Assembly (NCBI GenBank): GCA_951406725.2
Contig: OX597816.1
Coordinates: 127,472,001-127,536,000, forward strand
Origin: Octopus vulgaris
Lineage: Eukaryota
Reading direction: 5' to 3'
Length of the DNA: 64,000 nt
The notes under the pieces were generated by a model that saw nothing but the letters and a program-made list of their open reading frames with translations, did not search any database and had not been told where the DNA came from. This document shows positions 1-13,277 of this stretch, in pieces. Within the stretch, counting starts at the first letter, position 1. Each line of letters starts with the position of its first letter. The position numbers and the translations under genes are program-made.

Positions 1-2005
1 GATCTGGTGATATATTTATGAGATAATTTCGCTTTGCACAGAGTAATATGCAGTATTTGGATTAGCAAGCCCATTTCCCCAATATAATTTATTTTAAATT
101 TGTTAACTGTCAGCGAATATTTTCTTAATTCTATTTACGAGAGAACTACATGCAAAGCATCTTAAACCCAACAGAACATACTATAATAGGAGGGATTTAG
201 GATAAGTTACATTTTATATGTTTCTTTAGCTATTAAGAAGAAATAGAATCTATGAAAGATTAAGTGAGTTACAAATGAATTCTAAATTTTTGTTGTGACT
301 CAAATTGCAATATTCAAGCAAAAGTTTATAGAACTTTCTTGGAACTAATAATTTGAAATGTGATAAAGATACAAATCATTAAAAGAAACCATGCAATGTA
401 ACATTCACAAAATTAAAGAATGGATCAATGTAAAATTAGATAAATAAGAAACAAGTTAGAGTACTTGGAAAACTCATAATGGAAAACAAATTGAGTAAAC
501 TGAAGAAAGAAAAACGGCAAAGAAAATACCAACAACGTGCATACACTTGTGAACAGGAGACATGGAAAGATAGAGATGGACCAAAAGAAAAAGAAAACTT
601 AGTATAAACAATGAGAGAATAAGCTTAACTATGCATGTTTACAATAGATAAAAAAAGGAAAAGTTATTTAAAATTCATAAGTAAAAGATACTTTATAAAA
701 CAAATTCTGTTTTAAAAAAAGATACCACAAAAATGAAATAGTGAAAATACAATTTTAACGGCTAAGAAGTTTGACTTAAAGAAAAAACCGTTTGGATTTC
801 AGAATTCTCTTGCTCTTACTCAGCATTCCTCTCACTAGTATGAATTTATTCATACGTATTATAGTTTGTTTGTAAATTTTGTGGTTAACATTTTTCTTTT
901 AATAGTTAAATTGCAGCCTCCATCATAAGATTAATAGGCATTGAGGTGAATGACTGAGTTTATCAACAATCTATATGAAGTGGAAGATAGGCAAAAGAAC
1001 AGCATTTAAAATATACTTCCCCACTCCATTTTTTTTTTCAAATACACTGTAATCCTTAAAATGTCTTATAATGCATTTCTTACTATGGCAACTAATAACT
1101 TCTAAAGTTGTTACATACTATCAAAATACTCTTTTCTGGAATTTGAAAGAAAAAGTAACAACTTTCATCAAATTGTAAAACTAAACCATATCAGTAATTA
1201 AAAAGCAGATTAATACAAACCATATCAGCAATTAAAAGACAGATTAATACAAAAACGAAATAATGATAATATTTAGCTATTTGCAAGATATAACAAGGAG
1301 TATCTAATTTTTAAAACCAATTAAATTAAACTTTCCTGTAATTAATACAGAGTTGTATAAATCTTCGCCTAACACCAGATTTGATTAAAATTAATAACAA
1401 AATCTGTTTTTCTCTCCTCCATGCAGTGATGATTCTAACTAATGGAAACTATTTTGCTCTCTCTATAATGTATGTTAGTATTCACTCAGCTTTTGTGTTT
1501 CATGTGAATGACATCTCTAGGTAATTTCTTTCACTCATTTTATAGTCTCACTAGCTTGTGTTTAATTCTTATATATCTGTATAGTAGTTTCTATCATTTG
1601 ATCTGGCAGCTCAAAAAGCCTATGCTTTACTGAGAATGTTTGATAAGACTGAAACATGTCTCTGGTTAGCATTGTGCTTGGTAAAGATCAGATTAAATTA
1701 ATTTTAGTCTTGAGTTAATGTTTTAATTTTTTTACTGCAAACATGATTCTAATTTTTGATTTATTAAAATATTGGAACTGGCCTCTCTTTGTCTTCACTA
1801 AATTTAATTAACATTGTCTCCTCAGTGCAGCAATAATTTTAATTAACTGATGAAGTATTAGCGCAAAGCAGTGTTTAGGTATGAGCAGAATTTAGGCTAG
1901 TAGAAATATGTTTGTGACACATTTCAACTACTGTGGAGAATAAATCTCTGTCATGGTAAAAAGGTGTTGAAACACCAGTTCGTTCATTGTCGTCACCTAT
2001 TAGGA

Positions 2006-2053
2006 ATCTCAGACATCGATGTTTCAAGCTATTTTGGCTCTCGTCAATGAGAT
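2006..2053 (-). ncRNA. Minimal type I hammerhead ribozyme motif (C3U variant)
   Basis: Minus strand reads ATCTCA-TTGACGA-GAGC caaaata GCTT-GAAAC-ATCGAT-GTC-TGAGAT: perfect 6-bp stem I, 4-bp stem II, GAAA, palindromic loop III and GUC cleavage triplet. Confidence 0.8.
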
Positions 2054-2124
2054 GTACCTAAGAGAGGCAACTCTGAACGAACTTAGAAAGCTATAGCTTT
2101 ATGTATAATCCAGTCAATAGGTAC

Positions 2125-2172
2125 ATCTCATTGATGAGAGCCAAAATAGCTCAGAACATCAATGTCAAAAAT
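2125..2172 (+). ncRNA. Degenerate hammerhead motif (right-arm copy)
   Basis: ATCTCA-TTGATGA-GAGC caaaata GCTC-AGAAC-ATCAAT-GTC-aaaaat. GAAA core and 3' strand of stem I are mutated. Confidence 0.6.
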
Positions 2173-3084
2173 TTTTAATAAATAGCAACACTGAATGAAC
2201 CAGTGTTTCCACACCTTTTTACCATAAGAGAGACTTATTCTCCATGGTAACTGTGTATTTTCCTTTTAGCAGTTGAAATGTGTCACAAACATATTTCAAC
2301 TTGCCTAAATTCTGCTTAATTAATTGAATTTTTTAAAACCTGTTAGCACTCACTCATGTTTTCTAGATATTTTCTAACGTTTCATATCTGACCTCTTTTC
2401 ATTTATTTATCATTCTCTTTCTGTGAAATTTACCCAGATTCCCACCATATTAATGATATTCATCATTTTTAAGTTACCTCAAAGCAAAAATATTTTAGCA
2501 CTCTTTATATTCCAATAAGTGGTTGTTTACTAATTGTCTTTGTTCAATTTTTACAAAATCATTTGCTGTCTTTCATATTGTCTTCATTCTTTTTTCAGTA
2601 TAATAAAAAAAATGTACTCTATCTTCAGCAGTTATCTTTTTTAAAAGAATCTATTTAAAGTTTATCATGTCTAACTGCGTTTTGTTTAAAAGCTATAAAT
2701 GTAGTAGTGATATTTTCTTGGGTGTTTTCCTCACATAAAGTTGATTTACCTGCTTGTTTTCATTTATGCAATTTCCAAATACTCTGTTATTTCTTGCTTG
2801 TTTAATTTTAATTTATCTCTTCTTTATCTATTGAACCTTGCATCATTAGATTCTTTAGCTAGTATTTCTCTCTGAACATACATAAAAGCTGTTCCAAATT
2901 TCAGGTTCCTGATATAAAGGAATTCTTCTTATGGTTGAAGCCAAAAATAATTACAAATACCTGTTGGATTTGTAGAAGCTTCATGCTATATAAATAGCCT
3001 CTTATTTCTATTTTGATTCATAAATATATAAATCTTTATTATTTTCATTATGTTAAAGATCTCAATTATAATTTCATTGCATAT

Positions 3085-3277
3085 TTAACCCTTCTGTTAT
3101 GACATTTCTGTCTTTGTTACAAGTAATTTTGAAAATATTGAAGGATTTAGTATGGTGTTTGGAACATAAATTATCATAAAATGTTGACAGAAGGTTCAAA
3201 TTTAGACCACTTTAAAACAAGTGTGTGTATCACAGAACAAGGGCTGCTTTCAGGCTAGTTGGTGTCAAAAGAGTTAG
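3085..3277. mobile_element. Degenerate MITE with piggyBac-like ends
   Basis: Starts TTAA-CCCTTCTG and ends CAAAAGAG-TTAG; imperfect terminal inverted repeat. Confidence 0.35.
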
Positions 3278-6200
3278 TTGTTGAAAGCATAACACATAAA
3301 CTTTTTCTGTGTTGAGGATTTTTATTATGTCTTTGATTCATAGGTTTTCAGCTTGTAAAAACGTAACACTTGAACATATATCATGGCATGTAGAATAATA
3401 TCATAAATATATTTCACTAATAAAAGTAGATATGGTATTTTATTGCCTCTGACAAAAACATAAGTCACATTTATATCACTCAAAATCATTCAATATTACA
3501 CAAATGATATTTGACAGAAATAGTGAAATGTGAAGCTAAAGGTGGTACACTGTTTGGCCCTATATTTTCAGTTAGAGTTCAGATCACGTTGAGGAATAAT
3601 TCTACCTTTATCTCTCTAGATTTGATAAAATATGACCAGTAATATACTGGTTCCAGATAAATTTCCAATACTCATTTCTATGGATGTGCGGCTTGAGATA
3701 AAATTAGAAATCAATATGATGTCAATATGATGTAGGATAAAACAGTGATAAGCAAAGATAAAAAAGAAATTAGATAATTCTATTTTGAAACTAGATTGTT
3801 TGAATTATGACAGAGTCTATTATGATATTTATGTTTGAGATAGAAAGGAAAGTGCAATTATAATCCTATTAATTATATGACTTCTGATTCATTGCTCAAT
3901 GAAGCTCTTGTTATACTCTAAAGAAATATTTTCTTAAAGTGAAGCAAGTAAGTCTGTATTAGTATACTTGTTTGTTTACTAGTATTGTACTGCTATTGCT
4001 CAAGAAAAATAGAATGTAATAAAAAATAAAGCTATGTAAACAAACACTAACATTATGAATATGCCTGTAAGGTAGATAGGTATACATTTGCATTTTCAGA
4101 ATTGTCTCTAATGAGACAACATAATTTTTTTCCAATGTTGGCATTCATTTTAAAATTATCTTCTTATTTCTGCTCATAATAAGTTTGAAAGTTTTAAAAA
4201 TAGTTTCTTTACTCTACTTTAGTTTTCTATAATTCATTTAGATGTAAATATTTATTTAGGCAACACAGTTTACCTCAAAGTTTGATTGTTGAAGTCTAGA
4301 AACATTCTCTAAACATTTAAGCATTCAGTACCTAATCAATTTAAAAATAGTTTTGTTGAAACGTGAAAGAGCAATCTATCACACCAATTGTTACTATTTT
4401 CACCTTCACATTGTTTTAGAATTGTAACATTAATGCATTTAAATACTTGTCTGTGCTTTATATAAAGTAGGGTATCCATTTTATTATTGGAGTTTGTATG
4501 ATAAAGTTTTTGAAAATCACCACTACATTCATGGTCATGAATTTCCTTTGTTACAATGTCCTCAATTCTTTGTCACCGATGAACTCAAATTTGTTCATAC
4601 ATTGAAAAGATCAATAACTAAATTATGTTGTTCTTTTTTAAAGTGTTAATACTACTTCTGCTCACTGAAGGCTCTCACAGTTGAGTTTTTCCTTTACTAT
4701 TTGAGATGATGAAAATGCATCTCTTTTTTTTAAAAACATGTAAACTGACTGGAGAGACATAGAAGACAAACAAAAGATAATTAAAAATAATTACCCCTAG
4801 GTTTTAACTCTTTTATCAGCCTTCTGTATTTGCATCAATATTTTATTTTTTAAAAATACAGTTAATTATTTTGGGTACATAAACGTTTTAACTGTTTTAA
4901 AGTTGCAAACAATGAATATTAGAATATGTTATCCAGCAAGATAATTTTAAATTGATATAAAATTTCGCAAATTACATTCACTTAGAAAATAGCATCTGAT
5001 TTAACCAGAAACATTTACACATACACACACACTCACATACACACACACGCACACACACGCACATGCACACCACATCCACAAAATTCATAAACACTCATTG
5101 AAATAAAAAAAGATTTATTTTTTACTTGTAAAAGAAAGTAATACAAGACAAAAAATATATATATTCAAAATCTTTCTTATTTTGTGCTTACTCTAATTAA
5201 GACTTGCTACCCATGTTAATAGAAATCAGAATATACTAAGATGTATTGTAAAGTTACATTATATGGCATCTAGACTGCTGGAACTACATTAATATAATTT
5301 GAATATAATAATCATTGCAATATAATGCAATAGCAGACACTTTATGAGGCATGGAGCCACTAACTTTCAGCTGAAAATCTACTTACTTGCCTTCTGGTTT
5401 CTTTGTCAGACCAGTATGAGAAAAGGAAAATGAAAAGCAGGAGAGAATCTGAATTATATATACCATTAAGCATGACTCTAATCTGCTTTTGTTATCAAAG
5501 TATTCTACAGCTGGGTGATGATGTATGTAAAACTGCTAAGATCTTGACTATGTTGGTGCCAACTTGGGCAGCATCATTACACAACAGTTTTTATTGATCG
5601 AAAGGGAAAAACAGTTTGTTCTCTTAGTGACTTATAAGCAGTATTATCATTATGGAGAAGAATTAATAGCAGAAAAAGAAGTCTATTGAGTTGAAGCATG
5701 AAATCTGAATCATTTAGATTATTATTTTGATAAATGGATAAAATCTTATGTATTGTGAACATACACACCCACACACATATTTATTTGTGGAGTATAAGTT
5801 GCTTGCTTTTTCATACCCTTATTTTATATATGTGTGTGTATGTTTGAGTATATATATATGTCACATATAGAGTTTTTATTACTCACAAACACAATTGCAC
5901 TGCACAGTTAAATGCACATATAGTCATTTAATTACCTACGGATATATGTATGTGTGTTTGTGCTTGATTGTGTTTGTGTGTGTGTGTGCAGTATAAGATG
6001 TAATGTAAGATATAAATTTTTTTTAAAAAGCATCATACAATTTTAGCCTCGTTGTGAAAATTAGACAAAGTTGTCACACTACAGGCTTTTATCTCTCCAC
6101 AGCCCAGAAAAAAGTAGGGTCATTCTAATTAGTTTCAAGTCTTCTTGAAACAAGAGTTTTCTACATGGTCCCAAACAGGTGCTTTTACATGTGGAACCAG

Positions 6201-7859
6201 CACAGGTGCATCTTAAATGACATTGGCATGGGTGGTGTTTATGTGACACTAAAGAAATATTTTTACCTTTACTGTTAAAAGTTAACAAATTGGTTTAACC
6301 ACAGATTTTGTTAAATCACCCAGTGATAGAAAAAAGATAGGTCAATCTATGGAAACTGACACATCGTTTGTTAATAAGTGTAAGAGAAACCATTATAACA
6401 GTGGCATAAAATGTAGAAACAAAAACAGATTGACTGTGGAAGGCTCACTGAATTTTTGCCAATTAGTCAAGTGGTCTTTCTGGAGGTAATCAGGAATTAT
6501 TTCATATGCAGCTTCTTCTTGTTCTGGGAACATATACCAATCCCCACATTTTCTGACTATTAAGAGATATAAATTTATGGCTCACTACTTTGTTCACTTG
6601 TCACTTGAAGGCTAAAATTCAATGCATATCAAATAAGTATACTTTAGATTACATTTCAAATTATTCAAAAATTATGAGCAACACATTTTAATTAATTTAC
6701 CTTGTAGTAAGTAAAGATACTTTTATGCAAATTACATGAACTATATTGGGTAAAAAGAAGTTTGTATAGAAACTTACATTCATGCATGTATGTATGCATG
6801 TATATGTATGTATTTTGTACATATGCACATAATGCACATATAAGAAAGAAAATAGAATATGTAAAGGTACAAATATATACATGTACAGTCATACATATAT
6901 GCATCAGTATATCAATAGAATTTATTAATATTCATATATAAACACATATATTTATATCATATAAATATATAAATGTATGTATGTGTGTGTTCTTGTGTAT
7001 CTATAGAGCCATATGTATATATAATAATATGAAAAGACAGAAAAGAAAGAATGAAGACATAGCTTGTTTAGTTATTTTTGGAATATTCTTTTTTCCTGTT
7101 TCTTCTTTGGTCAAAATTATATTTGAATATTTCTAAAACATCTATGTAAGATTTTATAAGATATTCTTAACAATGAATCAAATGTAAAATAGATATGAAT
7201 GGTTTCCATCTGAATACATTTTAAGTATATTGGTAGGAAAGACTCACAATTATTATTGTTGCTAAATACTTTATAAATATCCCAAATTCTAAAAATGAAT
7301 ATTCCTTAACTCAATAAAATAATTTTGTTGGTGGTATTGCATCTGTCTTATTTTTGTTGGCGGGCTTATTGTTTGAGTTTATCCAATCTAGAAGAATTTG
7401 AAAGATTGTAAAAGTGTAGTATCAACGGAAATGCTTTTAATGAGTATCATATTGTGAACAACTTTAAAAAAATTATCTTAACAAGAGAGAAACAAAAGAA
7501 GTGACAGATGCATGTTACCATTTGAAAGAGAGCAAGTAGTTTTTAGAGTGCTGTCAAATAAAGCACTGTCTGTCAATGCCATCATACTGTATTATTGCTT
7601 TGGGTAAAGTCGTCAAAATTAACTGATATACAAAATAATTTAGAGTGATTTTTTTTTTTTTGATAATTTGTGAAAAATCGTTTCACATCAGAAACACTCA
7701 GAAGTAAAATGTACAAATAATTAAGATACATATAAATATATAGTTGATGAAGTAAATATATTATTGTTTGAGAACTGTAAAGATAATAATTATTAAGATA
7801 ATACTTAATAATTTAAGTAACCAAAGCATGTAACAGATTAAATAAGCTTAGACTAATCA

Positions 7860-8690
7860 TGAGCAGTGTCACAGCAATGTTATTCTCTACATAGGAGTGA
7901 CTGATGAAGAAAAGAACCATTTCTATGAGAGCTTCATACAGACTGCCTCAGTAGCAAATGGCAACAACAACCTCATTATTTATTGCTGGCAACTGTAAGG
8001 GACATTCTTGGCAATACAATCGTGAATATCCCAATGGATAAGGTGCACAGAATGAATAGGGATCAATGTTCTTGGAGTTCTGCAATGCAAATGACCTTTT
8101 AATTCAGGAAACTGAGCTTCTGTCTGATCACCTACCACTTTGGTGAACATGTATACTAGATAGACATCACATTCACCAGGAAACAAGATAACTAGATGGT
8201 TATACATATTAAGTCTTCCTTCAGCGATGACTGCCCATTCAATATTGACTAATCATGGATTAGTGAAGTAGATAGACCCAGACCAGAGAAACAAGTAATC
8301 TGAAGAAGGAAGACATGGAAAATGTAATATTCTTCAGCTAAATGAAGGTTCAAAACGACTACAAAAAGTCTACTTGGTAATGTGTATACCAATGGGAAAA
8401 TAGAGACATGTATATTATAGAAATCAACTGTGAGTTATATGAGATCACATGCTATGAAAATACAGACAGGTCTTTGAATAGAGCATGGTTCCAGCCAAGC
8501 AAATGTAACAAAGTAGTGGAATGGTATTGTAGACAAAGCCACAAAAACTACTAGACAGGCTTGGAATAATGGGAGAAAGTAATGTTCAAGGAGCAATATC
8601 AGGTGGTTAGGATAGAAACCAGATAGCAAGTATATATAAAATAGAAAGAAACTAAAATGTATTATCAGGTATTACACTGTGAGAACCCGA
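7860..8690 (+). mobile_element. Old RTE-type LINE fragment (AP endonuclease and linker region)
   Basis: Frame-broken translation DEEKNHFYESF...IAGNCKGH resembles the EEKDxFY...AGDFNGH motif; later KxWNGIVDKA...QAW resembles WWNxxVxxA. Confidence 0.55.
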
Positions 8691-11600
8691 GCTGTATAAG
8701 CCTCAAATACTTTCTGCTTTTTGACACAATTTCTACTTAATATATTTAAGGATAAGTGCAAAGTTATCTTAAAGCCAAGTTGGGGCTAATATTTGTTTTA
8801 AAATGTTCTTTAAAATGCACTAAGCATTAATTTTTTTATTATCTACAGTTATGTTCTAATTCTGTATTATATCTATTTCCTAAATTTTACTTGGAGAAAT
8901 TATTAAATTAGCTGCTGTTGGGTGAACTCTATATAATGATATTTGAGGCCAACTGAATTCATAGCTCAAAGTTAAATAGATGTTTGAATATACCAAATAA
9001 CCTGTAATATGTATACCAATACGGAGCTTAATTGGTTATTTAAAATGTATATATTTTACAGTGTCAGTGACTTAGATATGTTACAAAATGCTTTAATACA
9101 TCTTAACATGTAACATAGTAATAATAAACATTAATATAAGAGTGTATATGCATTTTAAAGGATTATGTGGCTCTATCAAAATACAACCGTTTTTATCATA
9201 GCATATAATCTCAGATTAAATGACTTGCTAAACAAACACTCAATATATGAACCAAAAACATATCAGTAGTTCTAAAGAGCATCCAATCTAATTGGTATGT
9301 ATTACTACAACACCTTCACAACAAAAATAACAGGACACCATATTTTAACTTACTTTCTTTTATTAATGTTCAGTGAAAAATGATACAAGATACCAATGTC
9401 CTTCTCTCTTTCAAATTTTGCTTTTGATGGATCCAGGAAACTAGAATTTTGAGAGATGTGATAAATAAACACTCAATGTTTTTGCTAAAGCAACTTATGC
9501 AACAATCTTCAAACAGATAGCTTTGGGATCTTTTATTGAATCAATAATAGCAAAACAAAAAAAAAAAAAAATAAATAATAGAGAATCCCATTCGAAGGAT
9601 CAGTTTTGTGTTTTCACTCTCAATAGATTTAAAAGAAATTCACTGAAATATTAAAGGATTCAGCTCCTACTTTATTTACAATATGTGATGCTAAAAATAT
9701 CATGGAAAAAAAGTTTTAAAAATTTATATTTTTATAGCAATATTTTATATTCATTGGAATTTAGATTTATTTTTATCTATTTTGTATCATTAACATATCT
9801 TTGCATGCATACACACACACACATACAAACATATTACATATATTCATACACATAGATACATACATGTTTATATGTATACAATCACATATGTATACAATCA
9901 CATATGTGTGTGTTTATATTCCTAAAAATTTATATTTTCATAAAATTTTCATAGAATATATTTTGAGCTTCTGTAAAACTTTAGGGAAAAAATAGAACCT
10001 GAAGTTTGTATATATCAAAAGTATAATCTGGCTGACAGATTATTCAAAAGAAGTCGGTTAAAGCAAATGCTTTTTACTTGTAAGATATATTAACGATCCA
10101 GAATAGGTACAATGGCATTAGAATATAAAACAAATATTCAATTTTGAAAAAAGAAACCTAATTTTAGCAAACTTGCTTCAAGAAATAAAATTTGAGGTGG
10201 TTGTTTGTGTGTTTCCAATGTTTTAGTGAAAACTATTTTTTACTAATAATTTTATTAATGTTAATATATTATTAATATGACATCAAGGCTATTTTACTTC
10301 TAATTCTGACATATTCTTATTAAAGGAGCAATGATATTAAACAATGTAGAATGAATACACATTCATGATATTGTATTTTGCTATTCTTAAGTATTTTGCT
10401 TTTCTTAATCATGTAGATATAGTCAAGAAGTAGGCTCTAAGCTTATATTCATTAAGTCTTGAAACTGTCCCAACTAATTACCTTGCATGCATGGGAACAG
10501 TTGTTGTTTATACCTAGAAGGTCTTAAACTTGTCCTACATCACACAAAGCAAGTATTGGGTATGATCCAACAAATATTCCACTAACATTTTCTTCCTTTC
10601 AAGTAGTTGGTAAAATGTCTAAATACACTAATATCCTCTGGTCACAGATTGCATACAAGTAAAACGAAGCTTGAGCTTCAATTTAAATATAGTTTGTTCC
10701 TTTGCAAACTAAATCTATACCTGAATAAATCTAATATAGGTTGTAGAAAGTTATATCTTACGTCATCTAATGAGATATCTCATTATTCTGAATTACAATT
10801 CTATAGTAGATTTACATTTTATTTATTTATACCCAATAAAATACGTACCAGTAATTTATAGATGCCGATCAGTAGAAACGTTTATCTCCTTAAGAAATAA
10901 ATATTTTTATTCCAAGAATAAAAATAGCTCTTACAGCAGTTTAGTTACAGTCTCAGTAAACTATATCATAAGTCAATAATTATGAAGCTACTTTTTATTG
11001 TTTGTAAATATTTTTCTTTTTTACTGAGGTGCCCAAAATATATCTTCTGCATATACAATCATTTTATTTTCTTTAACAATCAGAAAATATTCATGTAGCA
11101 TCTTTTGGTTTTCTGTCAACCATGATTAAGTTACCAAAGAAATAGAGTTTTATTAATTGTAGCAATCCATCATCTTAAAAATGGTCCTGAAGGATGTGAA
11201 TTTGCAGTTATGTTCATTAAATTAATTTTCTTTTCACAGTTCACTAACAATTTCCAAAAATAGAGTGTTCCACATATGAATTATTAGTTTCACTACTTTT
11301 AAAATTCAAATTTCTTTATTTATCATTTTTTGAAACACAACACATAATTAATAGTCTAATGTTTATCTTTTAAATTTCAACCACTTTAACCTTAACAACA
11401 TTCACTCTTTCCTCTGCTAAACTAATCTCTTTTAAAATCCTAATAAGAATCACTCAAGCTACATTAATGTAAATTTGAAGAAACTGAAGTTTATCAATGT
11501 TTTGTGAGAGAATTGGGAGTCTAATGAAAATATACGGTGTTGAAAACTTATTTTATTTTGAAAGATTCCAAACAAATTTAAAGTTTGTTTGGAATATTTC

Positions 11601-12867
11601 AAAATAGAGGTATGCCTTCAGCAAACTTACTAAGCAAGATAGTACAGTTCATAGTAGATATCTATGACATCAGCTCATAACTGAAATTGGAAGAGCTGTA
11701 ATATAAGATGAATGGGATACAGGAGTTGATTTTTTAATGTCCACACTATTAGCATACACCTATTCCAGTTGTGTCAAAGCCCTTGAAATGTTTATAAATA
11801 GTGGAAGAGCATTATGTTAAAAATGCAAGGAATATAATTCCTCTTAAAGTGTTAATTCTGTTCATTGTATACTATCAACTAGAATTCAGCTGTTTTGTAT
11901 ACATCAACAAAGTATCTCAAAATTCTTATATATACACTTAAAAGAACATTTGCCTGCAGTATACCATCTCAATCAAACAGGGTTGAGTCATTCCAAGCAA
12001 AACTAAAGCTAACACCCCAGTTGTGATATATAATAATTTTGTCATCTCTCATCAGAAAGAAGCAGGAATGCCTTTTCATAAGGAGTGAAATCAAATGTTG
12101 ACTCCCTTGAGAGTTTGAAGCAATTATTGAGAATCGTGATCAATTGAAAAGTGCTGCCCATTTAATATCAACCAAACCTTCCAGAACAAATATCGCTAAA
12201 TTCTAAAAAGCTCAGCAAAGTCTTACACTTCTGAAATGAAATAACAGAAGAAAGCTGAAAACAAAACAGATGTGATTGTACCTGCAGCTGCAAACAAGCA
12301 ATCCTCTCTGTCATGGCAAACTACCAATGAAATTATAGGTTGGAAAAGAATAAGTCAAAACTAAGAGTCACAAGCCTATTTGAATAACTGAACAATTTGA
12401 AGAGACATTTATAGAATTTTCTTGGTAATACCCCTGCAATTTCAAATACACCCATAGAAATAGCTATTAATCATAATTTTCATCTCAACCTCTGTGGTTT
12501 CACATTAAATGAACTTGTTGAAAAACTGAAACAGAAGAAAAACAGGAAAACAGCTGGCCTTCGTGATATATCACCAGAAGTTTAGAAGGCAGAGATATTT
12601 AATGTTACTCTTCTTCAATTTTGTAATATTGTATACAGTCAGAACCCAAATGGGATATGAACTGAAGGTTGAATTCACTCATTACCCAAGAAATCTTATC
12701 TATATGAAGTTAAAAATTATAGAGAGATTGCCATCACGGTGAAAGCAACAAAAATCTACTTTATATTGTTACTGAATCATACACAAGCAAAACCTAAGAA
12801 GGCTTTATGAAAATTATTTTATATTATTTGCAGTTTACAGATATTTGTCCTCATTTTGTTTGTTGTT

Positions 12868-12913
12868 AACACAACATTTTGGCTAATATACCCTCCAGCC
12901 TTCATCAGGTGTC
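12868..12913 (-). ncRNA. Degenerate minimal hammerhead motif (left arm)
   Basis: Minus strand GACAC-CTGATGA-A-GGCTG gagggtatat TAGCC-AAAAT-GTT-GTGTT. GAAAC is replaced by AAAAT, i.e. two CpG-type transitions. Confidence 0.6.
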
Positions 12914-12963
12914 TTGGGGAAATTTCGAACCTGGGCTCTCATTCCTAAGGTATTTTTCAATGC

Positions 12964-13013
<50 letters not shown>

Positions 13014-13016
<3 letters not shown>

Positions 13017-13086
13017 TCACTGTCTGGAATCGAACTTGGAATCTTGGGGTTAGTAGCCCCTGCTCTTAACCACTACACCATATGCC
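13014..13086 (-). promoter_or_regulatory. tRNA-derived SINE head with Pol III A and B boxes (left arm; the right-arm copy at 13091-13155 has a deletion in the A box)
   Basis: Minus strand GGCATA-TGGTGTAGTGG-TTAAGAGCA-GGGG ctactaa CCCC-AAGATTCCA-AGTTCGATTCC-AGAC: A box, anticodon-like stem with a 7-nt loop, B box. Confidence 0.75.
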
Positions 13087-13231
13087 CACAGGCATTTGGT
13101 TAAGAGCATGGGCTACTAACCCCAAGATTCCAAGTTCAATTCCAGACAGTGACCTGAATAATGATAATAATAATAATAACAGCATCAAAAAATACCTTAG
13201 CAATGAGAACCCAGGTTCGAAATTTCCCCAA

Positions 13232-13277
13232 GACATCTGATGAAGGCTGGAGGGTATATCAGCCAAAATGTTGTGTT
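13232..13277 (+). ncRNA. Degenerate minimal hammerhead motif (right arm)
   Basis: GACAT-CTGATGA-A-GGCTG gagggtatat CAGCC-AAAAT-GTT-GTGTT; 5-bp stem II is perfect and stem I has wobbles. Confidence 0.6.

Larger units (their letters stand above)
1851..2315. mobile_element. Fold-back (head-to-head inverted) non-coding element carrying a hammerhead motif in each arm; probable PLE pseudo-LTR-derived insertion
   Basis: Arms ~1883-2060 and ~2118-2317 are imperfect reverse complements around a ~57 bp spacer. About 32 extra nt lie on the left side only. Flanked by direct repeat TTAATTAACTGA (1839-1850) / TTAATTAATTGA (2316-2327). Confidence 0.75.

Noticed and set aside
1640-1660. TTGATAA-GACT-GAAA-CATG-TC as a hammerhead
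   Set aside because: No stem II and no adjacent stem I; likely chance.
2247-2269. GT...TTTTCCTTTTAG segment present in only one arm of the first palindrome as a spliced-out intron
   Set aside because: Only ~22-23 nt, too short, and the best alignment puts the indel off the GT/AG boundaries.
1-2950. Possible very old LINE RT remnants around the first palindrome
   Set aside because: Only faint motif similarity (e.g. KQAGKSTL..E on the minus strand near 2740); too degraded to delimit.
12879-13266. Near-identical Leu-rich ORFs on opposite strands (signal-peptide-like)
   Set aside because: Artefact of the palindrome; the poly-Leu comes from the (TTA)n microsatellite.
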